Shown: one piece after another, positions 46,388 through 60,245 of the stretch | How the letters are laid out: every line of letters starts with the position of its first letter | Numbering within the stretch: the stretch's first letter is position 1 | Assembly: GCA_964016885.1 (NCBI GenBank) | Contig: OZ024750.1 | Location: 50,592,001-50,656,000 of the forward strand | Reading direction: 5' to 3' | Length of the DNA: 64,000 bases | DNA from: Eledone cirrhosa | Taxonomy: Eukaryota | Notes under the pieces: generated by a model | Told to the model about the DNA's origin: nothing | The model's database searches: none | Seen by the model: only the letters and a program-made list of their open reading frames with translations | Program-made: the position numbers and the translations under genes

Positions 46388-46852
46388 CTATTTTGGGCGG
46401 GTAAAATAACCCGAGATCCATGGACGAGCTCTCCCATCGATCTCTTACCTTCATAACCACACTCCATGTCCTACGTCTCCCAGAGACCAGTGTCTGTTCT
46501 TCAGGCATCAATAAATGTCATCCTTAGTCTCCCTCTTCTAGCGTATCCGTGTAGGGTCTCCCACAGGATCACTGAGTGCAGTCTCAACTCTGGATGTCGG
46601 TAAGCATGTCCCACTAATCTCAGTCTCCTCTTTGTCACTTTCGAACTGACGTTTGGGAGGCTTCCGTACAGCTCTAAGTTATTCATACTCAGTGTATACT
46701 GATTAATATTTAGAGCCATCCTCAGCATTCTCGTGTAGCACCCATCCACTATCTGAGTGAGTCGCTTTGTCAGTGTCCAAGTCGCAGATCTGTACAGCAA
46801 CACAGACCCCACTGAAGAGACGAAGAGACGGATCTTCAAATCTTTACGAATA
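46388..46852 (-). mobile_element. RTE-like LINE 3' fragment (second family)
   Basis: LKIRLFVSSVGSVLLY.SATWTLTK..VDGCYTRMLRMALNI..RRLRLVGHAYRH..ILWE..HG..RRGR; followed by (ATGT)n. Confidence 0.85.
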
Positions 46853-47192
46853 TATATATTTACATACATGCAGACATATATATAATGATGTTAGCATTCC
46901 ACAAACGAAATGGATAAAGTCAAACCTGTACAGCAACAGAGACCCCACTGTAGAGACGAACTGACGGATCTTCAAAATCTTTACGAATATATATATTTAC
47001 ATACATACAGACATATATATAATGATGTTAGCATTCCACAAACGAAATGGATAAAGTCAGACCTTTACAGCAACAGAGACCCCACTGTAGAGACGAACTG
47101 ACGGATTTTCAAATCTTTACGAATATATATGTTTACATACATACAGACATATATATAATGGTCTTAGCATTCCACAAACGAAATGGATAAAT
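46790..47192. repeat. 3 x 137 bp tandem repeat spanning the LINE 5' junction
   Basis: tacagcaacagagaccccactg recurs at ~46792, ~46929 and ~47066. Confidence 0.92.
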
Positions 47193-47399
47193 CTAATTTG
47201 CAGCTTTACAGTTGATTTTCTGTTAACATTATAAGACTATGGATGACCTACAGTCTGCTATTTCGTCAGAGATACATGTTGACTTCGATAACATCAAATT
47301 TAATTTCAAATCTCCAACTTACAAAAAAGAATGCAATAAAAGGCTATAATTTCCATACGCTGTATCAACTTAAAATTCTTCAAAAGAATTACAGATACA

Positions 47400-47804
47400 C
47401 ACACATACGCACCCACCCACACACACATACACACACAAAAACATACACACACACTCATAAGTATATATATATATAAATGATCATATGCATTCTTATATAT
47501 TTATAGATCTTCATATATAGTTATATATGTATGTATATCATAAATATATATATATATGAGCGTGTGTGTGTGTGTGTGTTCATATTCATATACGTGTATT
47601 TATTTATTTAATATTGTTCTCCAATATCCAGTGTCTAGCACCGTAAAATATAACAATGTATGTTATGTGGGGTATAAAAAATATAATTAGATGCTTTCAT
47701 ATTAAGAATTGCGTTTGTGTATCCGTGTACACAGCCACACACAAATACACGCATTTATATATTTATGAATATATATATGAATATGTAGATATTATATCTA
47801 TATA

Positions 47805-47895
<91 letters not shown>

Positions 47896-48091
47896 TCATA
47901 TATATATACACATACATATATAATAAATATATTTATAATATAAATATAATATATATAATATATATATATGTAATATATATTATATATATTATATATATAT
48001 ATTATAAATATATTTATTATATATGTATGTGTATATATATCTATATATCTATATATCTATCTATATCTATATCTATATCTATATCTATCTA

Positions 48092-48148
<57 letters not shown>

Positions 48149-48490
48149 TATATATATATATATATGTGTGTGTGCGTGTGTGTGATATTGTATATGAGCA
48201 TGTTTTCCTTTTTAATTCCACTGTTCTCGATAACACAAAGGAATTCAGATAAAAGTAAGCACACAAATGTTTTATATGGCACTTATCTCATACGGAATAC
48301 TGTAATATTTTTATTTCATCGCCTTCACAGACACGTGTAGCGGCACCACCAGTTTCACACTTATAATTTCATTTATTGACGCACACTGAAAACTAAAAAG
48401 AATCGATAAAAATGAATTGATATAAATGATATCATATAAATATATGATACATACATTCATATGTGTGTGTGCCCGTGTATCTTTGTGGGC

Positions 48491-48558
<68 letters not shown>

Positions 48559-48602
48559 TATGAATGTATATATATATATATAATATATATTATGTATGTA
48601 TG

Positions 48603-48635
<33 letters not shown>

Positions 48636-48745
48636 CATGTATGTATGTATATATATATATATTATGTATGTATGTATATATATATATTTATATATATATA
48701 TATATATTGTATGTATGTATATATATATTTATATTTATATATATT

Positions 48746-48776
<31 letters not shown>

Positions 48777-48799
48777 GTATATATATGTATGTGTATATT

Positions 48800-48846
<47 letters not shown>

Positions 48847-49135
48847 GTATATATATATATATGTATATGTACATGTATATGTATGTATATATATATATAT
48901 ATGTATGTATATGTATATGTATATGTATATATATATATCTATGTATATGTATATATATATGTATGTATATGTATATGTAATTATATATGTATGTATATGT
49001 ATATCTATATATATATTCTTGTCTATGTACATATATCCATATGTATATATGCGTTTATATATATATTTTTTATATATTCAAAAATATAGAGATAGATAAT
49101 AAATATGTATGGTGTGAGTGTGTGTGTGTGTGTGT

Positions 49136-49177
<42 letters not shown>

Positions 49178-49602
49178 GTATGTGTGTGTGCGCGTGCGTG
49201 TGTGTGTGTGTGTGTGTGCATTAATATCTCTGAGAATAAACTTAAATACTGTTAACGTTGGCATATTTCAACAGAGTTATTATAGTTATAATTACACTTT
49301 GTACACTTTATATAGAAAGATAGCCAGTTAGAGATTCAAGGATCAAAAATCAATATCGGATCGCTAGATTTATTCATCAGACATTATAAAGAATTCTTTC
49401 AACAATAATTGGATGCTTTACGCAAATATACTTTTGCGTATTTATAAATGAACAAACACACACACACACATATTCATATATATATATATATATATATTGT
49501 AAATCTGTGATTATATATGCCTACCATATATTTTCTACATATATGTATATATTCGAGTGTATGTGTATACGCATATCTCTAATATACACCCCCCTCCCAC
49601 CT

Positions 49603-49641
<39 letters not shown>

Positions 49642-50060
49642 AGGCGGGTATATATATAGTTATGCATTAACATAGATATTACATATCTATCCAAGTAAAT
49701 GAATACATTTATATATTTATATATATGTGTATGTAAGGAACATGATTGAGTAAAACATATACATATGTATCTGTGTTTATATATATATATATATACATAC
49801 TTTCATATTTACATATACACACACGTACACACATACATACATACATACATACATACATACATCCATACATATATACATACATACATACATAGATACATCA
49901 ATACATATATACAAACATACACACATATACATACATACATACATATAAACATACATACATACAACCATACATACATACATACAAACATACATGGATACAT
50001 ACATACATACATATAGACATGCATACACACATACATACATACATAGATACATACATACAT
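47400..50060. repeat. Extended (TA)/(TG)/(ATAC) microsatellite field
   Basis: Directly visible. Confidence 0.95.
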
Positions 50061-50692
50061 GTGGAAGACATCCATGTACATAATATGAAAGAGTACTGGC
50101 GGAATGTTCCAGTAAAAACCCCAATAAAATATATTATGATATGGGACAGGGAGAAGAAAACATGCACAGTAGTGGAAATTAGCTGCCCAGCAGATGCCAA
50201 TATAATATCAAAGATTAGTGAAAAGGAGAATATTTATGCAGAACTGATGAGAAATCTGCAGATACTCCATCCTGATTACACCTTCTGATTTATGCCTGTG
50301 ATTATTGGGGCACTGGGATATGTTAGTAACTGCCTCAATACAAATACTGAGAAGCTAGGCTTCACAGGAACAGAAAGAACACAACTAGTTAGGAAATTAC
50401 AAGTACAATCCATTAATGGAACAGTAAAATAATGTAAAACATTCCAAAAAGTTTGCATCTAATGACTGTATATACACATGTACAGATACAAAGCATATAC
50501 ACATGGACACACACAACTCAAAACATACACATCCACACATACAATAACATCCATATCTACACATGCATGCAGACATACATATCTACCAAGTTGATGTTGT
50601 GTAAATTCCAATGAGAGAGTCTTGTGTTTATGTTAGAAACCGACTCTCTCTCTCTATTGGTAAAACTTTGTGAAATTATAAAATCAGAAGAA
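50060..50692 (+). mobile_element. Dong/R4 LINE 3' end (restriction-like endonuclease) in (ATAC)n
   Basis: IMIWDREKKTCTVVEISCPADANIISKISEKENIYAELMRNLQILHP..F*FMPVIIGALG. Confidence 0.85.
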
Positions 50693-50762
50693 CATACATA
50701 CATCCATACATACATACATACATACATACATACATACATACATACATACAAACATACATACA

Positions 50763-51068
50763 TACCATTGATGAGGAGTTTACAAATCCAGTATCCAATA
50801 CACCTTTAGCTTCATACCCATCATTATTGGAGCTACGGGTTATATACCAACCCGCTTGGACCAAAGTATGACTGAACTTGGATTTGCGGACAAAAAGCGC
50901 AGCTCCCTAATTCATAGACTACAAATGGCTGCGATAGCTGGCAATCTTCAAAATTTGCAAAACATTCTTGCGATTCAAGGGATGACAATTTCTTTTCTTT
51001 TACAACCTTGCCACCAGGAAGGTGGCCGGTCAAAAAAAATGTACTCGAAATTAAGAGAAAGAGATAAG
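50763..51068 (+). mobile_element. Second Dong/R4 3' fragment in (ATAC)n
   Basis: PLMRSLQIQYP/FSFIPIIIGATGYIPTRL..LGF..RLQMAAIAG/KICKTFL. Confidence 0.8.
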
Positions 51069-51614
51069 CATACATACAAACATACATACATACATACATA
51101 CATACATACATACATACATACATACATACATACATACATACATACATACATACACACATACATAGAAAGGGGCGTGTGTTTTTGCCTTGCTTTCCAGGTC
51201 GACAAATACAAATAATGAACGTACGTTTGAAAACGAATTCCACCATTTTTATTATTTTATCTTTTTTGCAACATAGGGTATGGACGCTGTGCTGAGGGTA
51301 TGATATTGATTCTTAGTCAAAAGTATATTCAAAACGTGCGTTTCATGTTGATATATGTCTGACCTTTCAGTGGTTTTTTTCTTTTTTCATGATAATACGT
51401 GCCAATGGAGCGTTTTCTCTAGATTTTGATATCAAAATATTTTATGTTCCTGCTCACAGAGTTGGATAAATTCACATAAACCCCCGCCAGATCATAACGC
51501 TATTTTCATTTGTATTTTTACTATTAAATTTCGTGCTTTTACTTATTTATCATTAATAGAGAGGGAGAAAGAGAGAGGGGGAGGGCGCACAGGCACACTC
51601 ACACAAACATATAC

Positions 51615-51684
<70 letters not shown>

Positions 51685-51689
51685 GTATG

Positions 51690-51990
51690 TGAAGGCGCGT
51701 TTCTTAGTGGTTAAGCAGTTAGATTCACAACTATGAAGTTATGAGTTCGACTCCCGTTCCAGGCGATACCTTGCATCTTTGAGCAAGACCCTTTATTTCG
51801 CGGGACATCAGTTCAGTCAGCAGTAGAAACGTGCTGTACCATGTTTTGTACGTGCTGTACCGTGTTTTGCATTTCACTTGCACAACATCGGGGGGGGGGG
51901 GTAGAGAATGAAGACCAGTACTTACGGCCGGCTGCTGGTCTTCCATAAAACACTCGCCTGATTGTATGCCCCAGAGGGGAACTTCCTAGG
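51690..51990 (+). mobile_element. SINE family C
   Basis: gaaggcgcgtttcttagtggtt, B box gagttcgactcc, 3' tgtatgccccagagggaactt. Confidence 0.75.
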
Positions 51991-52046
51991 TCGATATGGA
52001 GATGATCATTTGGACATAATGCTTACTTGACGGGCTGGAATGAATT

Positions 52047-52099
52047 AGTAGTAGTAGTTGTAGTAGTAGTAGTAGCAATAGTAGTAGTAGTAGTAGTAA

Positions 52100-52170
<71 letters not shown>

Positions 52171-52455
52171 ACATCGTCTTTAACTCATTTGTTTCGATAT
52201 AATATAAAGTATTATAATTTAAGTATTATAATATAAAGTATTATAATATAATAAGTATTATAATATAAGTGTTATGTATTATAATATAATAAGTATTATA
52301 ATATAATAAGTATTATAATATAATAAGTATTATAATATAAGTGTTATGTATTATAATATAATAAGTATTATAATATAAGTGTTATGTATTATAATATAAT
52401 AAGTATTATAATATAATAAGTATTATAATATAATAAGTGTTATGTATTATAACAT
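52047..52455. repeat. (GTA)n followed by an AT-rich (tataatataataagtat) minisatellite
   Basis: Directly visible. Confidence 0.92.
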
Positions 52456-52471
52456 ACTAATTATTAAATAA

Positions 52472-52661
52472 AATTGTTTCTACTTTTTGGCACAAGGCTA
52501 GCAATTACCCAGTGCATTACTGGTACTTTGTTTTATCGACCTCGTAAGGATGAAAGGCAAAGTTAACCTCTGTGGGATTTGAACTTAGAATGGCAAGGGC
52601 CGTAACTCTTTGCTGCAAAACATGGCGTCCGACCCTCTACGGACACTGCCAATCCACCGCC
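52472..52661 (-). mobile_element. SINE family B (subfamily shared with 55575-55762)
   Basis: Diagnostic agaatggcaagggccgtaact. Confidence 0.9.
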
Positions 52662-53164
52662 CTAATAAGTATTAAATATAATATTATAATATAAGTATTA
52701 ACAGATTATGAAACCGCTTGAAATCATGGATGCAATATGGCCGACTAGTTATGGCTTTCACTTTGCAATAATAAGGGTACTTGGTTAAAGTTCATTTACA
52801 AATGAATCCAGTCTTGAATCCAGCCAGCCCTTGCGTGTGATATTGTGTAGACAAGATTGTTTGTGAGCCCCTCCAATAGGCTTTAACTTTAATTCGAAAC
52901 ACTATCTTCATAACATACTGTGATACGTTCTATCTTACGTTCTATGGTACAGATACAAGTATCTGAGGACTGTTCAGTAACCTACACATTAATTTCATGA
53001 GTGTCCTGCTCCGTTGATTGCACAACTAGAGTGAGATAGTCGTCGAGACTGACGGGAGTTTACATTTGAAATTTACATACTGAAATTATTATTTCTCAGT
53101 TACGACAGTAAAGTCTTCTTTAATCCTCCTGTCGTAGATAGAAATCTCAGGAGAGAGAGAGAGA

Positions 53165-53260
<96 letters not shown>

Positions 53261-53899
53261 CATATCACTAATAAATACTGTAGAAAACCATTAATCTTCA
53301 ATAATTCTAATTTCAACATTCAGATTTTATATCTGAAATATCAATTATTTTAAATTATATTCACAATTGAAATCATTTAGATACATCTTAACCCTTTAGC
53401 ATGTACATTACGCTATATATACTCTTGTATTTTCACGGTAAAGGCTTTATCACAAATAATATCTCGCATAATATCGAAGCTATGAGATTTGATATTATTT
53501 ATTTTGAGAACAATAACTTAATATCAGTATGAGCAGCCAGTTGCGGTCGGTTTGAACAGAAAGAGGTGAGAGAATTATGTCCGGATATGGCCGGTTTAAA
53601 TGGGTTCATCGTGTTTAGCTGCACTCTTCAGGTATTTGATTCTATCAAATAATGTTTTCTGAGTTAGGGACAAGGCCAACAATTTTAGAGACCAGGAACG
53701 TCGATTATATCAACCCTATTATGTTACTGGTACTTTCCTTTATTGATCCCATAAGAAGTTAAAGGGACATAACTATATATCACAGAGCATGTTTCCGACG
53801 CTCTACTGATACTGCCAATCCACAGCCTTTAAAAATTGTTTCTAGACCTGGCACAGTGCCAGAAATTTGACGAGAAGGAGAAAGTTGATTAAATCAAAT

Positions 53900-54985
53900 A
53901 ATCTTCTCCATGCCGCAGCTTCTCTATACGCTTCACAGCGCTCCGTACTACAGCCACGCATCTCTCTTTTCTGACCTCGACACTTGTATCCGAGCGGCAG
54001 CTGAGAAGATAGGCAACGTCAGGTTTGACGACATTGGATGGCAACAGGCCACTTTATCTGTTAGATATGATGGCCTTAGCCTCCGGTCTCCGATCTCGCT
54101 GGCTTTGCCGGCGTTTCTTTGGTCGGTAACCTCATGGCGCGAGGTACGTGAGGCGCCTGCGAGACGTGGAACTAGCTTGGACTTAGCGCAGTAGACGTTC
54201 CTTCAACTTCTCCATCTGCTAACGTCAAGTCCCCCCAGAATATTTGGGATGCCAACCAGTGCAACCTGGCCTCAGACAGGTTCACGTGCCAGCTCGACCA
54301 GCACCGCCTTGCATGTTTTCGCGCGGCCTCCAAACCTCATAGTGGTGTCTGGCTCCGTGCCTTGTCTTCCTTCTCCCATGGCACTCAGCTGTACAAAGAT
54401 AGCCTGTACATTGTCGTTTCCTTGAGTTTTGGACTCCTACTCTGCGAGTCACACAACTGTCGCTGCAGATCCACCGTGTACTCTCGACCTTCACGCGCTT
54501 TCCGCTCGCTACACTGCCTGTCGCTTTATACGCCATGCCGCCCTCAACGAAGTCATAAAGCATGGATTGGATGCTGCAAGCTGCCTCTCCCAAGGAGACG
54601 GCAAAAGGCCAGATGGTATGACGATCGTCCCTTTCCGCTGTGACAAGCCCCTCGTCTAGGATGTTACTTGCAACGACACTTTCTCCGGTCGCAGCCTGGG
54701 GCAGTCTGCTGCACTCAGCTGGCTAGTAGCAGGGGTGAGCAATGCGAGATGGAATGGCTCTTCCAGCGCACCTCCCTTACCATCCTCCGAGGAGACGCTT
54801 CCTCCATTCTGTCCACCAAGGCCTTGGGGCAGGCCAGCATGTTGGACCCTATTTGCTCATAATACCGAGAAATGGGGAGGGCGAGAGAAATCGATGACAG
54901 TGGGAGTTCGGCTCTTCCGTGTTCGAACATGGGGTGCACCGTCAGTTGTCCGTAGGGATGCAGTGGTTTACACTTAGCGACATGA
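53900..54985 (+). mobile_element. CRE-clade non-LTR retrotransposon 3' fragment
   Basis: PQLLYTL.SAP..WQQATLSVRYDGLSLRS..LALPAFL.SV; RHAALNEVIK..DGKRPDGMTIVPF...LV*DVTC; WLFQR.SL.ILRG. Confidence 0.82.
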
Positions 54986-55102
54986 ATTTAGATTTGTATA
55001 TATATATGTATGTATGTAAAAGGTAAACAGAAATAACATCACAATAGGTACAGTATATGGAATGGATATATTAGGTTAACGCATGATATAGCAAGAAGCG
55101 GG

Positions 55103-55137
55103 TCTTAACGTTTCGGACGCTAGTCCTTCGTCAGAAG
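55103..55137 (-). ncRNA. Ultra-minimal hammerhead variant
   Basis: TCTT-CTGACGA-A-GGAC(TAGC)GTCC-GAAACGTT-AAGA; loopless palindromic stem III. Confidence 0.7.
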
Positions 55138-55574
55138 AAAGAATGAGAAATAAGTTAGATTGAGGGGACAGGCGGGTTGGAATTGGAAAAAATGTATTTA
55201 GATAAAAATAACAGGTTCATTCTTGTTGACATGTTATGTATTTTTGTGGAAAAGGTAAAGGAAAGAAGAGTGCCCTATGTATAAGAGAGAGCTTTTTAAT
55301 TATGTAATGAACAGCACAATATAATTATTCAATTACCCAAGGTTTCACAAAGTCAAACGATTCTAACAGAGGCGCTCTGAAGTCGTCCATCAGATAGAAA
55401 TCTTTAAATTATGGGGAATATGGTATATAGGTCCAAAAGAGATGACGGTGTATATTAATATAAGCAAGTGTTACGCCAAGAAATATAAAACGTCGTTGTG
55501 AAGAGATTACGAATTTATTTGCTTTGACATATGTTTCAGTGTCTATTATAAATTTTCAATTGTCAATTGTAATA

Positions 55575-55762
55575 TTGTTTCTACTTTTGGCACAAGGCCA
55601 GCAATTACCCAGTACATTACTGGTACTTTATTTTATCTACCCCGTAAGGATGAAAGGTAAAGTTAACCTCGGCGGGATTTGAACTCAGAATGGCAAGGGC
55701 CGTAACTTTATGCGTCAAAGCATGGCGTCAAACCATCTACCGATACTGCCAATTCACCGCCC
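55575..55762 (-). mobile_element. SINE family B with TSD
   Basis: caattg(t/c)caattgtaatattgttt on both sides. Confidence 0.9.
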
Positions 55763-55913
55763 AATTGCCAATTGTAATATTGTTTAATCACATGCAATAC
55801 TTAATTATTTATTACACTTCATCGGAGAGACTATAGTAGTGGAATTCAACTATTCACTACGCGGTAGGTTTCAGTAATGAGAATATCGTATATGAAAATA
55901 TAAGTAAGTTAAA

Positions 55914-55977
<64 letters not shown>

Positions 55978-56157
55978 TTTAACTTACTTATATTTTCATA
56001 TACGATATTCTCATTACTGAAACCTACCGCGTAGTGAATAGTTGAATTCCACTACTATAGTCTCTCCGATGAAGTGTAATAAATAATTAAGTATTGCATA
56101 TGATTAAACAATATTACAATTGGCAATTGGGCGGTAAATTGGCAGTATCGGTAGATA
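55735..56157. repeat. Near-perfect inverted duplication centred on (TA)n
   Basis: 55735-55915 vs 55975-56157, about 3 differences seen. Confidence 0.92.
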
Positions 56158-56184
56158 AAAAAGTTCATATATATATATATATAT

Positions 56185-56383
56185 ATGAACTTTTTTTGTT
56201 TAATATAAGGAACTGTTTCATTGTTTTATTCATTATTTTTTTTATATTTTATCTTGACTCTGTATTCCGTTTATCTTTCACCGAAAGTGATTTTTCATTG
56301 CATCTCTTCTTTCCATGATATCCGGATTACATTGAGTTCTTCATACGGATTGGACACTACCGTAAACTCTTGGTAGATTTATC

Positions 56384-56385
<2 letters not shown>
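56185..56385 (+). mobile_element. PLE pLTR tail (family of 14769-14955)
   Basis: atatccggattacattgagttcttcatacggattggacactaccgtaaac is shared. Confidence 0.8.
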
Positions 56386-56434
<49 letters not shown>

Positions 56435-57340
56435 ATGACATACTGATCCTTACATCATCACGTGAGGAGGCGGATAAAATATACACAACATTCTCCAGCA
56501 TGGACGCCAGTATAAAGTTCAGCATGGAACACCCCGATGACAGCGGATCCCTATCCGTATTGAACTTCCAACTCAGGATAAAAGAGGTAGGCAACATCCA
56601 CACCTGCTTCTATAAAAAAGCCGCCAGCAGGGACCTGTTCGTATATTTCAGACCGGCCCTCCCAGCCGGCGCTAAGTCCGGATACATAAGGAACTAACTA
56701 ACACGTATCCGGAACAAATGCACCGAAGCAAGAGACCGAGTTACACACACACAACACATTTCCTGGAAGTACTCAAACTGAACGGATACACGACATCCAC
56801 CACATACCGTGCCAGAAAAAACAGAGGACACCACACCCGAGGCACTAATACTTGCTTCCTGAAGTTCCCATTCTTCAGTGACGAAACAACAACAGCCATC
56901 CGCAGATCTATCAGACGAGAGGGACTAGATATCCAACTGGCCCACTCAGGAAATTCTCTACGCGGACAGCTAGCCAAAAGACACTCCACCAGACATGACA
57001 ACCGCTGCAGGCTAGCCAACTGCCCTATCAACGACACAGACCTATGCCACCAGGCTTACGTCTTATACAGACTAGAGTGCGACAAATGCAGCAACTTCTA
57101 CGTAGGTAGCACCACCAGACCACTCCACATAAGAATAAAAGAACACCAAAATACTAACGCTTCCTTATTTAAGAAACACCTAGTGAAATGCAAAAACACC
57201 GACAAATCCATAAGAGTTAGGATAGAAACTAAGGAAATAAACCGCGGCAATCTTAGAATTGAGGAAGCACTAATTATAGACTAAACACAACCACCAATCA
57301 ATAATAGACTAGAACTCAACACCCAATTTATAACTTGATA
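56435..57340 (+). mobile_element. PLE RT thumb plus GIY-YIG, 5' truncated, disrupted
   Basis: DILI..IKFSMEHPD.SGSLSVL..FYKKAA; C.LANCP..C..VLYRLECDKCSNFYVGSTTRPLHIRIKEH..EALII. Confidence 0.92.
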
Positions 57341-57912
57341 GAGCATCTAGCCCCATACTTACTCACCCCCACACACACACGCGCACACACACACGCACGC
57401 ACACGCACACACACTTATTCTATCTCACACATACATATACATACAAAGGCCAGTTCTAACACGAGAGAACATCTCTCCCCCACATTTACGTATAGACATA
57501 TCTTCTCACACTCACACACACACACACACACATACTTATACTTACACATTCACGCATTCTCCCACACAGTTAAACAGATATTAAAAAAAAACCCTTTTAA
57601 AGAGAGACTACTCTTTATCCACCTAACCTTAACTCTTTTACATTAGAGATAGAACAGATACTCTATACCATTTCCTGTCAGCATGACTTGGCAAGCTATT
57701 TAGAACACTGGTTTAACCGCTTTACTTCCCTCCGAAGAAGAGATATTATCTCGAAAATTGAGGACATTTAAATAAATCTAAGGTAAAAGACTAATTGTCA
57801 ACAATAACTTTTGCATTTGCATTTTTTTAATTCTATGTCCATACCTGCATTGTTTGGCTTTACAAATTCAAACGTTTATATATATAAATATATATATATA
57901 TTTTTTTTCTTT

Positions 57913-59131
57913 AGGTCGTTTTGGAAGCATCAACAATGGAGGTGGGTAATTCTCCGGGTAACAAGATCCGGTGGTGGAGAGAGAGATATAAGTGAATGTA
58001 GATTGCGATGCATAGTGTGTAGAAGAACATAGTAAAGAGCGTAAAAAATAAAAATAATAACACGAGATAGAGTTACCTTGGGAGAGATTTAATTGTCCCT
58101 ATATATTTCGGATACACATCCATCAACTGGGTGGGGGTCCGGGGGGGGAGGGAGGCGGGGGTTATATGTCGGATAAGTGCAAAACGTGTCCTCCGCTGTT
58201 CGTTATTTTGAAATTCTGAGGTATTTAGCAGAGCGCGCGCGCGCATGAAATGGGGTCAGTCATGTAGAGGTTGGCTGCCGAAATAGTTCTTTTAATTTTG
58301 GGGTGGGGTGAATTTAGCTGTCAATCCATTGTATTATCTGCCAGTGCTGGTTTCTGTATTAGCAGTGTTGAATAGTGTGTGGTGGTTGTAGATTCTCTGC
58401 CTGTTTGGTGAATGCTACTGTGTGTGTGTGTGCGTGTGTTGTTGTCTCGCTTGTGTGTGTGTGTGTGTGTGTGCGTGTGTTGTTGCCTCGTTTGTTTATT
58501 TAAACCAACCACCTCATTTCGCTTCTCTCGGATTCGGTTATTTATTTCTGGCCCTAGGCGTTTGATCCAAAGTGCTTCCTTGATTCGTAATGTGCCGACG
58601 TTTCTTTCCGTCGCTAGAACTTTGACGATGGGCCTCCCGTCTTTGTTTCCGCATTTGGTTATGTGTTTCAGGAAAGATGATGCGCTGGTGTTCATGTGCT
58701 CCTTGATATGGATGTGTAGCGGCCGGATTGTGCCACCTGACGCCGCCCACTTCCACAATTAAAAGGGCTATTTCGGCCGCCGACCTCTACTTGACCGACA
58801 CTTTCACGCGCGCGCGTGCTCTGTTGAATACCTCAGATATTCAAAACAATGAACAGAGGAGTTCAGATTTTGCACCTATCCGACGGATAACCCCCTTCCC
58901 AGTGAAAAAAAACCCAGTTGATGGAAGTGAATCCGAAATATATAGGGATAATAAAATCTCTCCCAAGGTAACTCTATCTCGTGTTATTATTTTTATTTTT
59001 TAGGCTCTTTCCTACGTTCTTCTACACACTATACATCTCATTCTACATTCACTTACATCTCTCTCGTCACTACCGGATCTTGTTACCCGCAGAATTACCC
59101 ACCTGCATTGTTGAGGCTTCCAAAACGACCT
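57913..59131 (-). mobile_element. 5'-truncated PLE with inverted pLTRs (57913-58295 / 58760-59131)
   Basis: TIRPLHIHIKEHMNTSASSFLKHITKC..LRIKEALWIKRLGPEINNR at 58505-58730. Confidence 0.88.
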
Positions 59132-60192
59132 ATAGAAAATATATCTTATTATTTCACAATGCTTCAAGTAAACTTCAATACTCTGATATATATATGTAAA
59201 GGAAATAATTCCTTTGTTCAATTTTGAATTCGACCGCCAAAATCAGGGGTTACCTCCCTTCGGGAAAACCACGTGACTACTGGCGATGTTTATTGCTAGT
59301 TTTCACAACCGGAGCGGCAGAACGAAAACATGTTGACGAAGTAAATTCCACTGTTCTATCTTCCAAAACCAATACATTTCAGGCCCCTGCAAATGGATTT
59401 TATTCATTTCGGATTTACAGAAACCTAGCGGAGATATTGAATAATATCAACGTGAAGGTCCAGGTCTGTCATATTTTTTCCTGAGTCAGGTTTTGCGTTG
59501 CTTTGGTCACCGCGGCTGGCTTACGGGTAGCTGTCTTCAATTTGCAAAGCTTTCTAAACGTAATGTTATCACTCTAAGGTAAAATATCTTATTGCGTAGT
59601 TAGCTGCACATCCGACTGCATTCGTTAGCTTAGCTGCAACCAGAGCTTCGGTTATGCTGTACTTCCTTTTTGTATATATATATTTGTATATATATTTCTC
59701 TCTCTATATATATACATATATATATATAAATATAAATTTCGTTTCATATTTTCCATTTATCGTTTTCGGTGCGCCCGGCCAATTAACTCATTCGATATAC
59801 AAATTAGGCTCCTCAGCCGTTAATATGCATAGGGAAAGTATATACTTTCAGACGTTCAATCATCTGGCAGGAAGGTATACGTTGTTGACGATAGCTAATA
59901 ACCTTGAAACTAGCACATCGTTCCTTTGTCAGTGTTGAACAAAAGGGTAACGGTGGTTGCTAAACACTGTACGGCTTAATTCGGGATGTTTGTTTACAAA
60001 CAAACCGAGCATTATAATGAATGTTAGGTAAATCCATACGTACATATATATATATATATATATGTCTGCATGTATGTATATATATACATACTACTGTACG
60101 TCTGTATACATATATGTATGTACATATACATACTTATATTTAAGTAACAGCCGTACTAAGAGTGAGAAATGATATTTCGTTTCATTTTTTCC

Positions 60193-60239
<47 letters not shown>

Positions 60240-60245
<6 letters not shown>

